From NCBI GenBank assembly GCA_964355645.1, contig CAYHDI010000002.1, positions 11,452-75,451 of the forward strand: a DNA stretch of 64,000 nt, read 5' to 3'. Below, piece after piece: positions 38,672 through 49,164 of the stretch; the stretch's first letter is position 1, and the number at the start of each line of letters is the position of its first letter. The position numbers were made by a program, and so were the translations under genes. Source of the stretch: an uncultured Candidatus Saccharibacteria bacterium (GTDB taxonomy: Bacteria > Patescibacteriota > Minisyncoccia > Phycocordibacterales > Zambryskibacteraceae). The notes under the pieces were generated by a model, which was not told the DNA's origin, ran no database searches, and worked only from the letters and a program-made list of their open reading frames with translations.

Positions 38672-41353
38672 ATGCCACCACTTCAACGCCTTACAACTAA
38701 AGCCAAAGAGGCCATAAGGAAAGCTCACGAATTGGCCATAGAACGTGGTCAAAACCACGTGAATCCGATGCATCTTTTGGCCGCGCTTCTTATTCAGGAT
38801 GAAAGCATGGTGGTTTCTGTGTTGGACAAAATGGAGGTGGACACAATTCTCCTCACTGATTCGGTTTTGGATTTTATTGAAAATCCCGAAACTTCGCAAA
38901 CACTTGCCCAAACATATCAAATCTATCTGACTCCAGAGTTGGCGCACATTATGGAATCAAGTGTGAAGGTGGCTGAATCAATCGGAGATGAGTTTGTGTC
39001 TACTGAGCATCTTTTCCTTTCAGTGCTTGATGTGCCGGGTGAAGCGCGAGATTTGCTTTTGAAATTTAAAATTGCTCACGAGAAAGTGGTGAAGGTAATA
39101 GAAGAACTTCGCAAATCAAATTCAACGGAACCGAAAACAGACAAAAAATTTAAATCGCTTTTGAAATATACCCGCAGTTTGACCAAGCTAGCCAAGGCGA
39201 ACAAACTCGACCCAGTCATTGGCCGAGATGAAGAAATCTCTCGTATTATTCAAATCCTTTCACGTCGTACGAAGAACAATCCGATTCTCATCGGAGAAGC
39301 CGGAGTGGGGAAGACGGCCATCGCCGAAGGCTTGGCTATTCTCATGGCGAACGGCAACGTACCCGAATCTTTAAAGGACAAAGAGCTTGTGTCTTTAGAC
39401 ATCGGACTTTTAATCGCGGGCACAAAGTACCGTGGGGAATTCGAAGAACGTTTAAAAAACATTATTAAGGAAATAGAAAAGTCTGAGGGCAAAATCATTT
39501 TGTTTATTGATGAGATACATACTATTGTTGGTGCGGGGGCAGGAGATGGGGGTTCACTTGATGCGTCGAATATGCTTAAGCCGTCGCTCGCTCGTGGAGA
39601 TTTGAGAGCTATCGGTGCCACGACTCTCAGAGAATATCAGAAACACATAGAAAAGGATCCGGCCCTTACCCGTCGTTTCCAACCGGTGTATGTGAACGAG
39701 CCTTCGATTGAGGATGCCATGACTATTCTCCGCGGTCTCAAGGAGCGCTACGAACTTTATCATGGGGTACGCATTACTGATGATGCCATCCGTTCAGCCG
39801 TTATTCTTTCTTCACGCTACATTACCGATCGATTTCTTCCAGACAAGGCCGTTGATCTCATAGACGAAGCTGCATCATTTTTGAAAATTTCTCTTGAGAA
39901 CATGCCCCCAGTTCTTCAAGATGCTCATTCGAAAATCATGAAGTTTGAAATAGAGAAAGAAGCGCTCAAGAAAGAAACAAAAAATATAAAATCCAAAGCA
40001 CGTATAAAAATTATAGACAAGGAAATCGCCGATCTGCGAGAGAAAACTTCAGAGCTAGAATTAAAATGGAAAAACGAGAAGGAAACAGTCAATCAAATAA
40101 AAGAAATCAAAAAATCTCTCGAGAGTCTGCGTCTTGAGGCTGAATCGGCTGAGGCGAAGTCCGATCTCGCTCTGGCTGCTGAACTTCGCTACGGCAAGAT
40201 TCCAACTTTAGAAAAAGATTTAGAAACAAAAAGCAAGAGATTGAAAAAGCTTCAGAGCTCACGTCGAATTTTGAAAGAAGAAATTACAGAATCTGATATT
40301 GCCGATGTAGTCAGTCGTTGGACTTCGATTCCTGTCTCGAGAATGCTCGAAGAAGAGGCCGAGAAGCTCTCGCGCATGGAAGAATATTTGCACAAACGAA
40401 TCGTGGGTCAGGATGAAGCGGTCAAGAAAATCTCCGAGACCATCAAGAGAAGTCGGGCAGGAATTTCTGATCCGAATCGTCCGATTGGTTCGTTCATGTT
40501 CCTTGGTCCAACTGGTGTAGGCAAGACCGAATTGACTAAAGCACTCGCCGAATTTATGTTTGATGATGAGAAATCTCTCATTCGGGTTGATATGTCTGAA
40601 TACATGGAGAAGCATTCGGTTTCCAAACTTATTGGTGCGCCTCCGGGCTACGTAGGATTTGATGAGGGAGGTACTTTCACTGAGATAGTTCGACACAGAC
40701 CGTATTCGGTTATTCTTTTTGATGAAATAGAGAAAGCTCATCCGGAAGTTTTTAATATCCTTCTGCAAGTTTTGGACAATGGGCGTTTGACTGACACCAA
40801 AGGTCGAGTAGTGAATTTCAAAAACACAGTCATCATCATGACCTCAAATATTGGAGCAGAATATATAGACAAGATGCAATCCATCGGATTTTCTAAAGGT
40901 GGAGACAAAGAGGATTATGAAAATGTGAAGGACAAAGTTACAGGGGCTTTAAAGAATTATTTCAGACCAGAATTCTTGAATCGTTTGGACGACACCATCA
41001 TCTTCGATGTACTTTCGAAGGAAGTGATTAAAACCATTGTGGAAATTCAGATTGAACAAATTAAAAAACGTTTGGAAGATAAAGAAATTGTCCTTGAAGT
41101 GACAGAAAAGGTGATAGAAGTGTTGGCCAAGGAAGGCTACAATCCGCAATACGGCGCGCGACCTTTGAAACGTTTGATTCAAACCAAGATTCTTAACCCT
41201 GTAGCTAATCTGATGATTGATCGCAAGGTTCTCATCGGCGGAACGGTCATTGTTGATTTCAAAGGCACTGAATTTTTGTTCGAAGTGATTAAGGGAAAAA
41301 AGACCAAGAGCCTCGGCCACAAATTGACGATACCCGAAAAACAGTTGAATTAA
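38672..41353 (+). CDS. clpB: ATP-dependent chaperone ClpB
   Basis: Two AAA+ modules (GEAGVGKT, GPTGVGKT) and middle coiled coil. Confidence 0.96.
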   Translation: MPPLQRLTTKAKEAIRKAHELAIERGQNHVNPMHLLAALLIQDESMVVSVLDKMEVDTILLTDSVLDFIENPETSQTLAQTYQIYLTPELAHIMESSVKVAESIGDEFVSTEHLFLSVLDVPGEARDLLLKFKIAHEKVVKVIEELRKSNSTEPKTDKKFKSLLKYTRSLTKLAKANKLDPVIGRDEEISRIIQILSRRTKNNPILIGEAGVGKTAIAEGLAILMANGNVPESLKDKELVSLDIGLLIAGTKYRGEFEERLKNIIKEIEKSEGKIILFIDEIHTIVGAGAGDGGSLDASNMLKPSLARGDLRAIGATTLREYQKHIEKDPALTRRFQPVYVNEPSIEDAMTILRGLKERYELYHGVRITDDAIRSAVILSSRYITDRFLPDKAVDLIDEAASFLKISLENMPPVLQDAHSKIMKFEIEKEALKKETKNIKSKARIKIIDKEIADLREKTSELELKWKNEKETVNQIKEIKKSLESLRLEAESAEAKSDLALAAELRYGKIPTLEKDLETKSKRLKKLQSSRRILKEEITESDIADVVSRWTSIPVSRMLEEEAEKLSRMEEYLHKRIVGQDEAVKKISETIKRSRAGISDPNRPIGSFMFLGPTGVGKTELTKALAEFMFDDEKSLIRVDMSEYMEKHSVSKLIGAPPGYVGFDEGGTFTEIVRHRPYSVILFDEIEKAHPEVFNILLQVLDNGRLTDTKGRVVNFKNTVIIMTSNIGAEYIDKMQSIGFSKGGDKEDYENVKDKVTGALKNYFRPEFLNRLDDTIIFDVLSKEVIKTIVEIQIEQIKKRLEDKEIVLEVTEKVIEVLAKEGYNPQYGARPLKRLIQTKILNPVANLMIDRKVLIGGTVIVDFKGTEFLFEVIKGKKTKSLGHKLTIPEKQLN

Positions 41354-41439
41354 TGGTGCGCCGGGCAGGATTCGAACCTGCGTAGCCCGAAGGCGCCTGA
41401 TTTACAGTCAGGTACGATTGACCACTCCGTCACCGACGC
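41354..41439 (-). tRNA. tRNA-Tyr(GTA)
   Basis: cctga-CTGTAAA-tcagg, CCA end. Confidence 0.95.
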
Positions 41440-41504
41440 ATGTTGGACATATTAGTCCATTTTTCATATACTTGCAAAACCTTAATATAATAAATTCTAA
41501 ATTT

Positions 41505-41807
41505 ATGGACAAAGAACCAAAATTTAATTTTAACGAGGAATTACTTCAAGAATATAAAGGCAAACTGTGGACCCTGGTCGATAAGTTTGTTTCTGATGGC
41601 AGAGCAGATGAAATAGCTGTTTTACTCGCAAACAAAGGAAAAGAATTAAAAAACCTATACCCTCATGTCGAGAATTACGTTTTTTGGCATGTTCTAGCCG
41701 GTAGTACTATTTTTGATAATGCCATGATACATACTGAAGATTTTCCTGGAAATGATTCTGTGGCTTTGTTTATAGATGAACTTGCAAATTCTGAAGGTCT
41801 AGGGTAA
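41505..41807 (+). CDS. Hypothetical acidic protein
   Basis: ORF from MDKEPKF; longer start in the ORF track overlaps the tRNA. Confidence 0.6.
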   Translation: MDKEPKFNFNEELLQEYKGKLWTLVDKFVSDGRADEIAVLLANKGKELKNLYPHVENYVFWHVLAGSTIFDNAMIHTEDFPGNDSVALFIDELANSEGLG

Positions 41808-41818
41808 TCTTACAATCT

Positions 41819-41992
41819 ATGTCGCAGAACCATCTTATTAAATTGGTTTCAGTGGGAGATTCGAAAGGAGTAGGCAAAGGCCACACCTATTTTTCTCGCA
41901 AGAACAAGAAGTCCGTTGAAAGGAAAATCGAAGTGAAGAAATATAATCCGATAGCTCGAAAACATACGGTTTATAAGGAAAAGAAAGCCTAG
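41819..41992 (+). CDS. rpmG: 50S ribosomal protein L33 (absent from ORF track)
   Basis: MSQNHLIKLVS...GHTYFSRKNKK...IEVKKYNPIARKHTVYKEKKA. Confidence 0.92.
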   Translation: MSQNHLIKLVSVGDSKGVGKGHTYFSRKNKKSVERKIEVKKYNPIARKHTVYKEKKA

Positions 41993-42038
41993 ATAAAGAT
42001 TCGCTCTCGGGCGAGTTTTTTGTTAATATGGCTTCACT

Positions 42039-42112
42039 GGGCGATTAGTATAGTGGTAGTACAAGGCACTCCAAACGCCTTAGTGAGGGTTCGATTCCTT
42101 CATCGCCCGCCA
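42039..42112 (+). tRNA. tRNA-Trp(CCA)
   Basis: aggca-CTCCAAA-cgcct, CCA end. Confidence 0.92.
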
Positions 42113-42996
42113 AGTTTGGTTTGTGAATATTTTTCTATCTTTTTATATTCATTCGGAGCAAACCATTTAATCTTTTTGTTGCGTTTAAACCATGTCATCT
42201 GTCGTTTGGAATAATCCTTAATCGCAGAATAAAGTTGTTCCACGAATTCTTGTTTAGTGATTTTCTTTTGCAGTAGTCGAGCGAGATAACGATATTCAAG
42301 TCCGAGTGCTTCCATGCGTTTAAAACTCAAACCCTGCTTGTGCAAACGTTTGGCTTCACGAATCATTCCATCCAAACGCTTCAAAATTCTTTTGTAAATT
42401 CTTTTTTCTAAATCCCGCTTATTTGGTCTGATACCAATGAAAATGTATTCGTATTCTGCTTTCGACTTTATGACTTTAGGGACTTGGCCAAGGGTTTCCA
42501 CTATCTCCAACGCTCTAATAATCCTCACCTTATTTCTCGAATCAATCTCTTTAGCCCTTCTTGGATCTTTTTTCAAAAGCATGGTAAAGAGTTTTTCCTT
42601 GCTTAACTTATTCAACTTTCTCCTTAACCACTTATTGGGTGGCACCTCAGGCAAATTTATTTTTCCAATTAAAGTATCAATATAAAATCCAGTACCCCCA
42701 ACAATGATAGGGAGTTTCTTATTGTATACGATATATGATATATATTCTTCTGCGAGTTTTTTATAATCAGAGACAGAAAAATACTTTTTTGGATTAACCA
42801 CATCGAGCATGTAATGGGGGACGCCACGCATTTCTTTTTTAGTAATTTTCCCCGTGCCAATGTTTAATCCACGATAAACTTGTCTCGAATCAGCGGAGAT
42901 AATTTCTCCGTTGAATTTCTGTGCGAGCCGAATAGCCAAGTCGCTTTTCCCCGAAGCTGTGGGTCCGAGAATAACTAAAACCTTTTGCTTTTTCAT
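42100..42996 (-). CDS. miaA: tRNA dimethylallyltransferase
   Basis: GPTASGKS, ISADSRQVY..IGTGK, VGGTGFY, YSKRQMTWF. Confidence 0.97.
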   Translation of the reverse strand: MKKQKVLVILGPTASGKSDLAIRLAQKFNGEIISADSRQVYRGLNIGTGKITKKEMRGVPHYMLDVVNPKKYFSVSDYKKLAEEYISYIVYNKKLPIIVGGTGFYIDTLIGKINLPEVPPNKWLRRKLNKLSKEKLFTMLLKKDPRRAKEIDSRNKVRIIRALEIVETLGQVPKVIKSKAEYEYIFIGIRPNKRDLEKRIYKRILKRLDGMIREAKRLHKQGLSFKRMEALGLEYRYLARLLQKKITKQEFVEQLYSAIKDYSKRQMTWFKRNKKIKWFAPNEYKKIEKYSQTKLGGR

Positions 42997-43569
42997 TTCT
43001 TTTCTAATCCAATTTCTTTTATAAAACTCAATGCGTTTTTATGAATACGAAATGTAAATTTCAATCTCTGTTTGTCCAGATTTAATTTTTGTTCTGAAAA
43101 TTTATAATTTAAATTTTTAAGCATTGTTTCTACACTATTTGCCAGACTTGGAATTTGAGTTACAAAATTCGCGGTTAGATACCCTCTATCCTTATATAGA
43201 ACCATCTGTCTCAAAAAGCCCGCATAGACAATGTTTACTTAGTTTTTTATTTATTAAAATCCATTTTGGCACTCGTACTGATTGTTTTAATTTTGGGCCA
43301 CCTTTTGCTTTCCATCCCAGTACTTTTTCCCAGTCGTTTGAATAGCAATAAATATCCATGGCCGTATCTTGGCGATTAATTCTGCCCACTTTGTTGTTTG
43401 GAGCAACTATATGTAATGCGCTCTCTATTTTTCTGATTAGATGTGGATATTTTGTGTCACAAGTTATACGTAATCTAACCGCTCTACCGTTGGGATTGCT
43501 CAGATTTCCGTCTCCAAGTGCTACACCAATAATGTAAGCGAGCTTGGGTTTATTGGAAGTATTTAGCAT
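42993..43569 (-). pseudogene. Frameshifted LAGLIDADG endonuclease
   Basis: YIIGVALGDG and LCGLFETDG; frame breaks at tctatataaggat (~43195); adding TA restores ETDGSIYKDRGY. Confidence 0.8.
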
Positions 43570-43571
43570 TG

Positions 43572-43654
43572 TGCCGGGGGGGAGACTTGAACTCCCATGA
43601 GCTTGCGCTCACAGCATTTTGAGTGCTGCATGTCTACCATTTCATCACCCCGGC
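43572..43654 (-). tRNA. tRNA-Leu(CAA)
   Basis: cagca-CTCAAAA-tgctg. Confidence 0.93.
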
Positions 43655-43709
43655 GTCTACCAACATATTAACAAGAATTTGATTTTAAACAATATGCTAC
43701 AATATTTAT

Positions 43710-44690
43710 ATGTCGCAATTCATCAATGATGCAATTTTCTGGATTGAGGTAGACAAAATACACCCAAACCCGTATCAACCTCGCCGAGAATTCGATCAAG
43801 TCCAGCTTCAATCTCTGGCTGATTCGATTCGACAATACGGAGTGCTCCAAGCCCTTACGGTGACGAGGAACGAGACGGAGAAACCCGAAGGAGGTGGATT
43901 GGCTGTTGAATACGAATTAATTTCCGGTGAACGACGTTTGCGCGCTGCGAAGCTCGCTGGATTGAAGCAAGTTCCCGCGATGATTCGCAGTGGAGAAGAG
44001 ACCGATCTCATGAAGCTTGAGCTTGCGATTATTGAGAATATTCAGCGCGAAGATTTGAATTCAGTGGACAGGGCGAGAGCCTTTGACCGATTGGCGAAAG
44101 AATTTGGTTTCAAACATGTGGAGATTGGGAAGAAGGTGGGGAAGAGTCGAGAGTATGTTTCAAATACTTTGCGTTTGTTGATGCTTCCTGCCCACATTCT
44201 TGATGCGCTTTCAGAAGGCAAAATTACCGAGGGTCATGCTCGACCTCTTATGATGCTTGTGGACAAACCAGAAGAACAAGATACTTTATTCAAAGAAATA
44301 ATGTTCAAGAAATTAAACGTGCGTGATGCCGAGGGTATCGCCCGACGGATTGCATTTGAGAAGGCTCGCAAGCAGATGGATCCGGAGCTTGTGGATCTCG
44401 AAGAGAAGCTGAAAGAATCACTCGGCACACGTGTAAGGATTGAGAAGCGAGATGAAGGAGGCAAAATTACGATCGATTTCTTTAATGCTGATGATTTGCA
44501 AACTTTGTTTGATATTTTGATGAAGAAAAAATCCGATGAAGCAGAAAATATTCAAAATTTAAATGCGTCTGATGCACCAGTGCTGACCGAAGAAGAGAAA
44601 ATAGAAATGAATGAAGGTAGTGAAGATGCGATGGAAAAACCTCTCGACGAAGACGAAGGCTTGTATTCGGTGACAAACTTTACAGTTTAA
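43710..44690 (+). CDS. parB: ParB/Spo0J partition protein
   Basis: PNPYQPRREF, ISGERRLRAA, IENIQREDL, HTH. Confidence 0.95.
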   Translation: MSQFINDAIFWIEVDKIHPNPYQPRREFDQVQLQSLADSIRQYGVLQALTVTRNETEKPEGGGLAVEYELISGERRLRAAKLAGLKQVPAMIRSGEETDLMKLELAIIENIQREDLNSVDRARAFDRLAKEFGFKHVEIGKKVGKSREYVSNTLRLLMLPAHILDALSEGKITEGHARPLMMLVDKPEEQDTLFKEIMFKKLNVRDAEGIARRIAFEKARKQMDPELVDLEEKLKESLGTRVRIEKRDEGGKITIDFFNADDLQTLFDILMKKKSDEAENIQNLNASDAPVLTEEEKIEMNEGSEDAMEKPLDEDEGLYSVTNFTV

Positions 44691-46871
44691 TTATTTCTTC
44701 TCGATTTTATGCGGATTGTGATTTAAACATTTCTTGTCGCTACATCTCTCTGGTATGGTCTTCGTGCCCTCCATCATCAAACTTCCACAGATTTTACAAA
44801 TGCTTCCAGTCGGCTTCGCCTTAATTGCATATTTGCAATCCGGATAATTTGAACAACTATAAAAAACCCCGAAACGACCCCGACGTTCAGTCATATGTCC
44901 AGTTTTGCAGGTAGGGCAGAGGATGCCGGTTGAATTGGCCTTCTCTTGTTCGGGATCTTTCTTCACAAATTTGCACTTTGGAAATCTTGAGCAGGCAGTG
45001 AACATACCGAATTTGCCCTCACGAGTGACGAGATTGCCCTTTCCGCACTTCGGACAAAGTTCACCCGTGTCCTTCGGACCTTCGAGAGCCTTGCCGTCTA
45101 TAGTCCGTGCGCCGTTGCATTCAGGAAATTTATCACACGAAAGGAATTTTCCACTCTTGCCGAGTTTAATAATCATTCCCGAACTGCAGACTGGGCATTT
45201 CTCTCCGTTCGGAGCGATGCCCATGTTCGTCACCTTGGCCACCTTTTCCTTCGCTTTCACATCTTTCAAAAATGGTTTATAAAAGTCTGAAAGAGTTTTC
45301 AAATAAGTTCTCTTGCCATTCGCAATCTCATCCAATTCATCTTCCATCTCGGCAGTGAACGAATCACTAATATAATTCGCGAAGTTTTCTTCGAGGAACG
45401 AACTCACAACTTCTCCTGTGTCTGTCGGATTTAAAGCTTTCTGAATTTTCTCCACATAGCCTCGGTCAACAATGGTTTTAATAATCGAAGCATAGGTTGA
45501 AGGACGACCGATGCCTCTCTTTTCTAATTCTTTAATCAAACCGGCTTCCGAGTAGCGAGCCGGCGGTTCAGTTTGCTTTTGTTCAGAACCAATATTCAAT
45601 AATTTCAAATCATCTCCAACCGTGAGTTGAGGGAGGATAACATCTTCACCTTGAGCATCAGGATCGGCCTTGGTCCAACCATCAAAAAGTATTCGTGAAC
45701 CGTTCAACCAAAAATCTGGAAACGCTGACTCATGAATCCGCGCTGTTATCTTTGTTCGCATCACTTGTGCGTCTTTCATCTGGCTAGAAACAGTCCTTTG
45801 CCAGATTAATCTATAAAGTTTTTTCTGTTCGTCATTCGCTCCGAGAATTTCATCATGCATGTGAGTTGGACGAATGGCTTCGTGCGCCTCCTGGGCATTC
45901 TTTGATTTTTTGGTGTAAACATGTTCCTCGTAATATTCGGAACCAAACTTGCTATTAATGATATTTTTAATATCAAGTTTGGCTTGCGCGCCGAGATTCG
46001 TCGAGTCTGTGCGCATGTAGGTGATGTGTCCAGCTTCATACAATCTCTGAGCCACTTGCATTGTGCGTGAAGGAGCGAAGCCGAGCCGACTCGAGGCGGT
46101 TTGTTGAAGAGTCGAAGTGATGAACGGTGCACGCGGGGTACGAGCGACTTTTGTTTCTTTAATATCTGTAATGGACCATGAACCTTTTTCTCCAGCTTCA
46201 ATAATTTTCTCGACTTCTTTCTTCTCCGTTGGTTCAACCGAACACACAAAATTTAAATCCTCCGGGGCTTGCCCTGCGGAGCCTTGGCGGAGCAGGGCGT
46301 TGATGGTCCAGAAAATCACAGGATTGAACGCTCGAATTTCGCGCTCACGCTCCATAATTATTCGAAGAGCGGGGGATTGGACTCGACCCGCAGAAAGGCC
46401 GTATCTTACTTTCTTCCAAATCAAACCCGACAAATCATAGCCCACGAGCCTATCTAGCACCCTGCGGGCTTCTTGGGCCTCCTTGAGGTCTATATCTATA
46501 GAACGGGGGTGCTTCAAGGCTTCCTCGACCGCTTCTTTGGTAATTTCATGAAAGACTATGCGTTCAGGATTTTTTAATCCAACTGATTCAGCGATATGCC
46601 ACGCTATGGCTTCGCCCTCACGGTCTGGGTCTGTAGCCAGGATGACTTCGTCAGCTTTCTTCGCGAGAATTTTAATATCTTTAATCACATGTTCCTTTCC
46701 ACTTGAAATTTCATAATGCGGAACGAAGCCGGCTTCAATATCAATCGCCACTTTGTTTGATTTAGGCAAATCGCGCACATGACCTACACTTGCGATGACG
46801 CGAAAATCCTTCCCGAGATATTTCTCGATGGTTTTTGCTTTCGATGGTGACTCTACGATGAGTAGCTTCAT
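44691..46871 (-). CDS. topA: DNA topoisomerase I with zinc ribbons
   Basis: LIVESPSK, ATDPDREGE, SAGRVQS, ITYMRTDS. Confidence 0.97.
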   Translation of the reverse strand: MKLLIVESPSKAKTIEKYLGKDFRVIASVGHVRDLPKSNKVAIDIEAGFVPHYEISSGKEHVIKDIKILAKKADEVILATDPDREGEAIAWHIAESVGLKNPERIVFHEITKEAVEEALKHPRSIDIDLKEAQEARRVLDRLVGYDLSGLIWKKVRYGLSAGRVQSPALRIIMEREREIRAFNPVIFWTINALLRQGSAGQAPEDLNFVCSVEPTEKKEVEKIIEAGEKGSWSITDIKETKVARTPRAPFITSTLQQTASSRLGFAPSRTMQVAQRLYEAGHITYMRTDSTNLGAQAKLDIKNIINSKFGSEYYEEHVYTKKSKNAQEAHEAIRPTHMHDEILGANDEQKKLYRLIWQRTVSSQMKDAQVMRTKITARIHESAFPDFWLNGSRILFDGWTKADPDAQGEDVILPQLTVGDDLKLLNIGSEQKQTEPPARYSEAGLIKELEKRGIGRPSTYASIIKTIVDRGYVEKIQKALNPTDTGEVVSSFLEENFANYISDSFTAEMEDELDEIANGKRTYLKTLSDFYKPFLKDVKAKEKVAKVTNMGIAPNGEKCPVCSSGMIIKLGKSGKFLSCDKFPECNGARTIDGKALEGPKDTGELCPKCGKGNLVTREGKFGMFTACSRFPKCKFVKKDPEQEKANSTGILCPTCKTGHMTERRGRFGVFYSCSNYPDCKYAIKAKPTGSICKICGSLMMEGTKTIPERCSDKKCLNHNPHKIEKK

Positions 46872-46917
46872 TGCATAACAAATACTATAGAAAGATTTTT
46901 AATGCAAATTTTGAAAC

Positions 46918-47781
46918 CTAGAAAGTCTTTCTCACCTCGCCCAATTCTTCACAAATCAACCCCTTAATTTCAAGGAGTGAAAGGATGGCGTTCGCTTTTG
47001 AAGTATCAAATTTACTCTTGCGGATAAGTTCATCGCGTGAGGCGGGGGATTTCAAAATTTCAATAAAAACTTTTTCTTCATTGGTCAGGTCATTCATATC
47101 AAAAAGGGTTTTGTCTTCATCCCTTGATTTTAATCCGAGAAGTTCTAAAACATCTTTCGAATCTCGAATGAGTGCCGCACCGAGGCGAATAAGCATATGC
47201 GGACCATCGGATGATGGGGAATTAATCGGACCCGGCACACAACCAACTTCTCGATTGTATTCTGTGGCCAGGCGACTCGTGATTAAGGTGCCGGATTTCA
47301 TCGTGGCTTCTATCACAATAGTTGCGTGGCACATGCCGGCCATGATTCTGTTCCTTTTTGGAAAGCTCCACAACGTAGCCTTCATTTCATCCGGATATTC
47401 AGAAATTAATCCACCTCCGTTTTCAATAATTTCTCTGGCCAATTCCACATGAGCTCTTGGATGAATAGCCGAGTCTGAAATCCCCGAACCGGGTATGGCT
47501 ATTGTTTGTAATCCATTTTTCAAAGCAGCACGATGAGCAATAGAATCTATTCCAAGAGCAAGCCCAGAGATAATAGTGACAGGGTAGCCGGACAATCCAG
47601 CAATAATCGATTCACACATTTCTCTTCCATATCCGCTGTATTTGCGGGTACCAACGATGGCCAATAGTTTGTTACCCTCCTTCGGTAATTCACCTCGAAG
47701 ACGAAGCTTTTTCGGTGGGTCGTTTATTTCTTTGAGCAATTCAGGGAAATTTTCAAAGTTCAAATCGTGGATTTCATTCAT
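46918..47781 (-). CDS. dprA: DNA processing protein DprA
   Basis: AIVGTR, ISGLALGIDSIAH, FPKRNRIMAG. Confidence 0.95.
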   Translation of the reverse strand: MNEIHDLNFENFPELLKEINDPPKKLRLRGELPKEGNKLLAIVGTRKYSGYGREMCESIIAGLSGYPVTIISGLALGIDSIAHRAALKNGLQTIAIPGSGISDSAIHPRAHVELAREIIENGGGLISEYPDEMKATLWSFPKRNRIMAGMCHATIVIEATMKSGTLITSRLATEYNREVGCVPGPINSPSSDGPHMLIRLGAALIRDSKDVLELLGLKSRDEDKTLFDMNDLTNEEKVFIEILKSPASRDELIRKSKFDTSKANAILSLLEIKGLICEELGEVRKTF

Positions 47782-47886
47782 TTTTGTTTATGATATTATA
47801 ATGCAAGAATCAAAAACATTCTCCCGCTTTACCCACGTCTACGCGTGGGGCCTACACGGATAGAATTTTTTTGATTCTTCATTTCT

Positions 47887-49152
47887 ATGCTAGATATTAA
47901 ATTCATCAGAGAAAACAAGGACCTCATTGCTCTTGGGGCGAAGAAAAAACACATTGAATTTGATGTGGAAAAACTTCTTGAAGTGGATGATAGGCGCCGA
48001 GAACTCCAGAAAACTTTTGAAGACAAACGCTCTGAACAAAACACAGCGAGCGGAGAAATCGTGCGAGTGAGTGATTCAAAGAAAACAAACATCTTAGAGA
48101 AAATGAAATTTCTCAAACAGGAAATTTCTGATATAGAGGAGAAATTAAAAACAATCATGCCCGAGTGGCAAAGTCTGATGCTTCAAGTACCGAACGTACC
48201 GGATATTTCTGTGCCCGATGGAGACAGCGATATAGATAATATGGAAGTGAAAAAATGGGGCGAACTTCCAAAATTTAATTTTGAACCCAAGAGCCATATT
48301 GAAATTATGAACACTCTCGGAATGGTTGATTTTGAGCGAGGAACAAAAGTCGCTGGTTTTAGAGGATACTTCCTCAAAGCTGATGCAGTTTCCCTTTCCT
48401 TTGCTATTTGGAATTATGCGATGGACTTTTTCGGCAAAAGAAATTTTACTCCAATGATTGTTCCTTCTCTTGTTCGCAAAGCTCCGCTCATCGGGACAGG
48501 GATGCTTCCACAAAGCGAAGAAGATTTATACAAAACTCAAGATGGAGATTATCTGGCTGGTACAGCCGAAGTGGCCACGATGGGTTATCATCAAGATGAA
48601 ATTTTGGACAAGAAGGACTTACCCATCAAGTATCTTTCTTTCTCTCCGTGTTTTCGTAGAGAAGCGGGGAGTTATTCGAAGGACGTGAAAGGTCTCATTC
48701 GGGTACACGAATTTTTTAAGGTTGAACAGGTGGTGCTCTGCGAAGCGAGCCATGAGGAATCGGTGAAGTATCACGAAACAATCAACAGAAACACCGAAGA
48801 ATTTATAGAATCACTCAATATTCCATATCGGACTGTGGTGAATTGCGGAGCGGATCTCGGGTTAGGACAAGTGAAGAAACTAGACATAGAACTTTGGGTC
48901 CCTCTTGAGAATACTTATAGGGAAATTTCTTCAGCTTCGTATTTCCATGATTTTCAGACAAGACGATTGAACATTAGATACAAAGATGATGATGGAAAAA
49001 CCAAATATGTCCACTCGCTGAATTCCACAGCTATTCCGACGCCTCGTATTCTCGTTTCTCTCATCGAAAATTTTCAACAAGCTGATGGTTCAATTAAAAT
49101 CCCTGAAGTTCTCGTGCCTTATATGAATGGGAAGACGGAAATTAGAAAATAA
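47887..49152 (+). CDS. serS: Seryl-tRNA synthetase
   Basis: GTAE, CFRREAGS..GLIRVHEF.KVE, REISSAS. Confidence 0.97.
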   Translation: MLDIKFIRENKDLIALGAKKKHIEFDVEKLLEVDDRRRELQKTFEDKRSEQNTASGEIVRVSDSKKTNILEKMKFLKQEISDIEEKLKTIMPEWQSLMLQVPNVPDISVPDGDSDIDNMEVKKWGELPKFNFEPKSHIEIMNTLGMVDFERGTKVAGFRGYFLKADAVSLSFAIWNYAMDFFGKRNFTPMIVPSLVRKAPLIGTGMLPQSEEDLYKTQDGDYLAGTAEVATMGYHQDEILDKKDLPIKYLSFSPCFRREAGSYSKDVKGLIRVHEFFKVEQVVLCEASHEESVKYHETINRNTEEFIESLNIPYRTVVNCGADLGLGQVKKLDIELWVPLENTYREISSASYFHDFQTRRLNIRYKDDDGKTKYVHSLNSTAIPTPRILVSLIENFQQADGSIKIPEVLVPYMNGKTEIRK

Positions 49153-49164
49153 TATAAAATTGAG

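Noticed and set aside
1696-47452. Long antisense or overlapping ORFs (1696-2388, 12909-13631, 30887-31750, 46985-47452 and others)
   Set aside because: Shadows of well-supported genes on the opposite strand or frame; no motifs.
47830-47848. Hairpin upstream of serS as a T-box
   Set aside because: Intergenic region is about 100 nt and lacks the T-box consensus and terminator.
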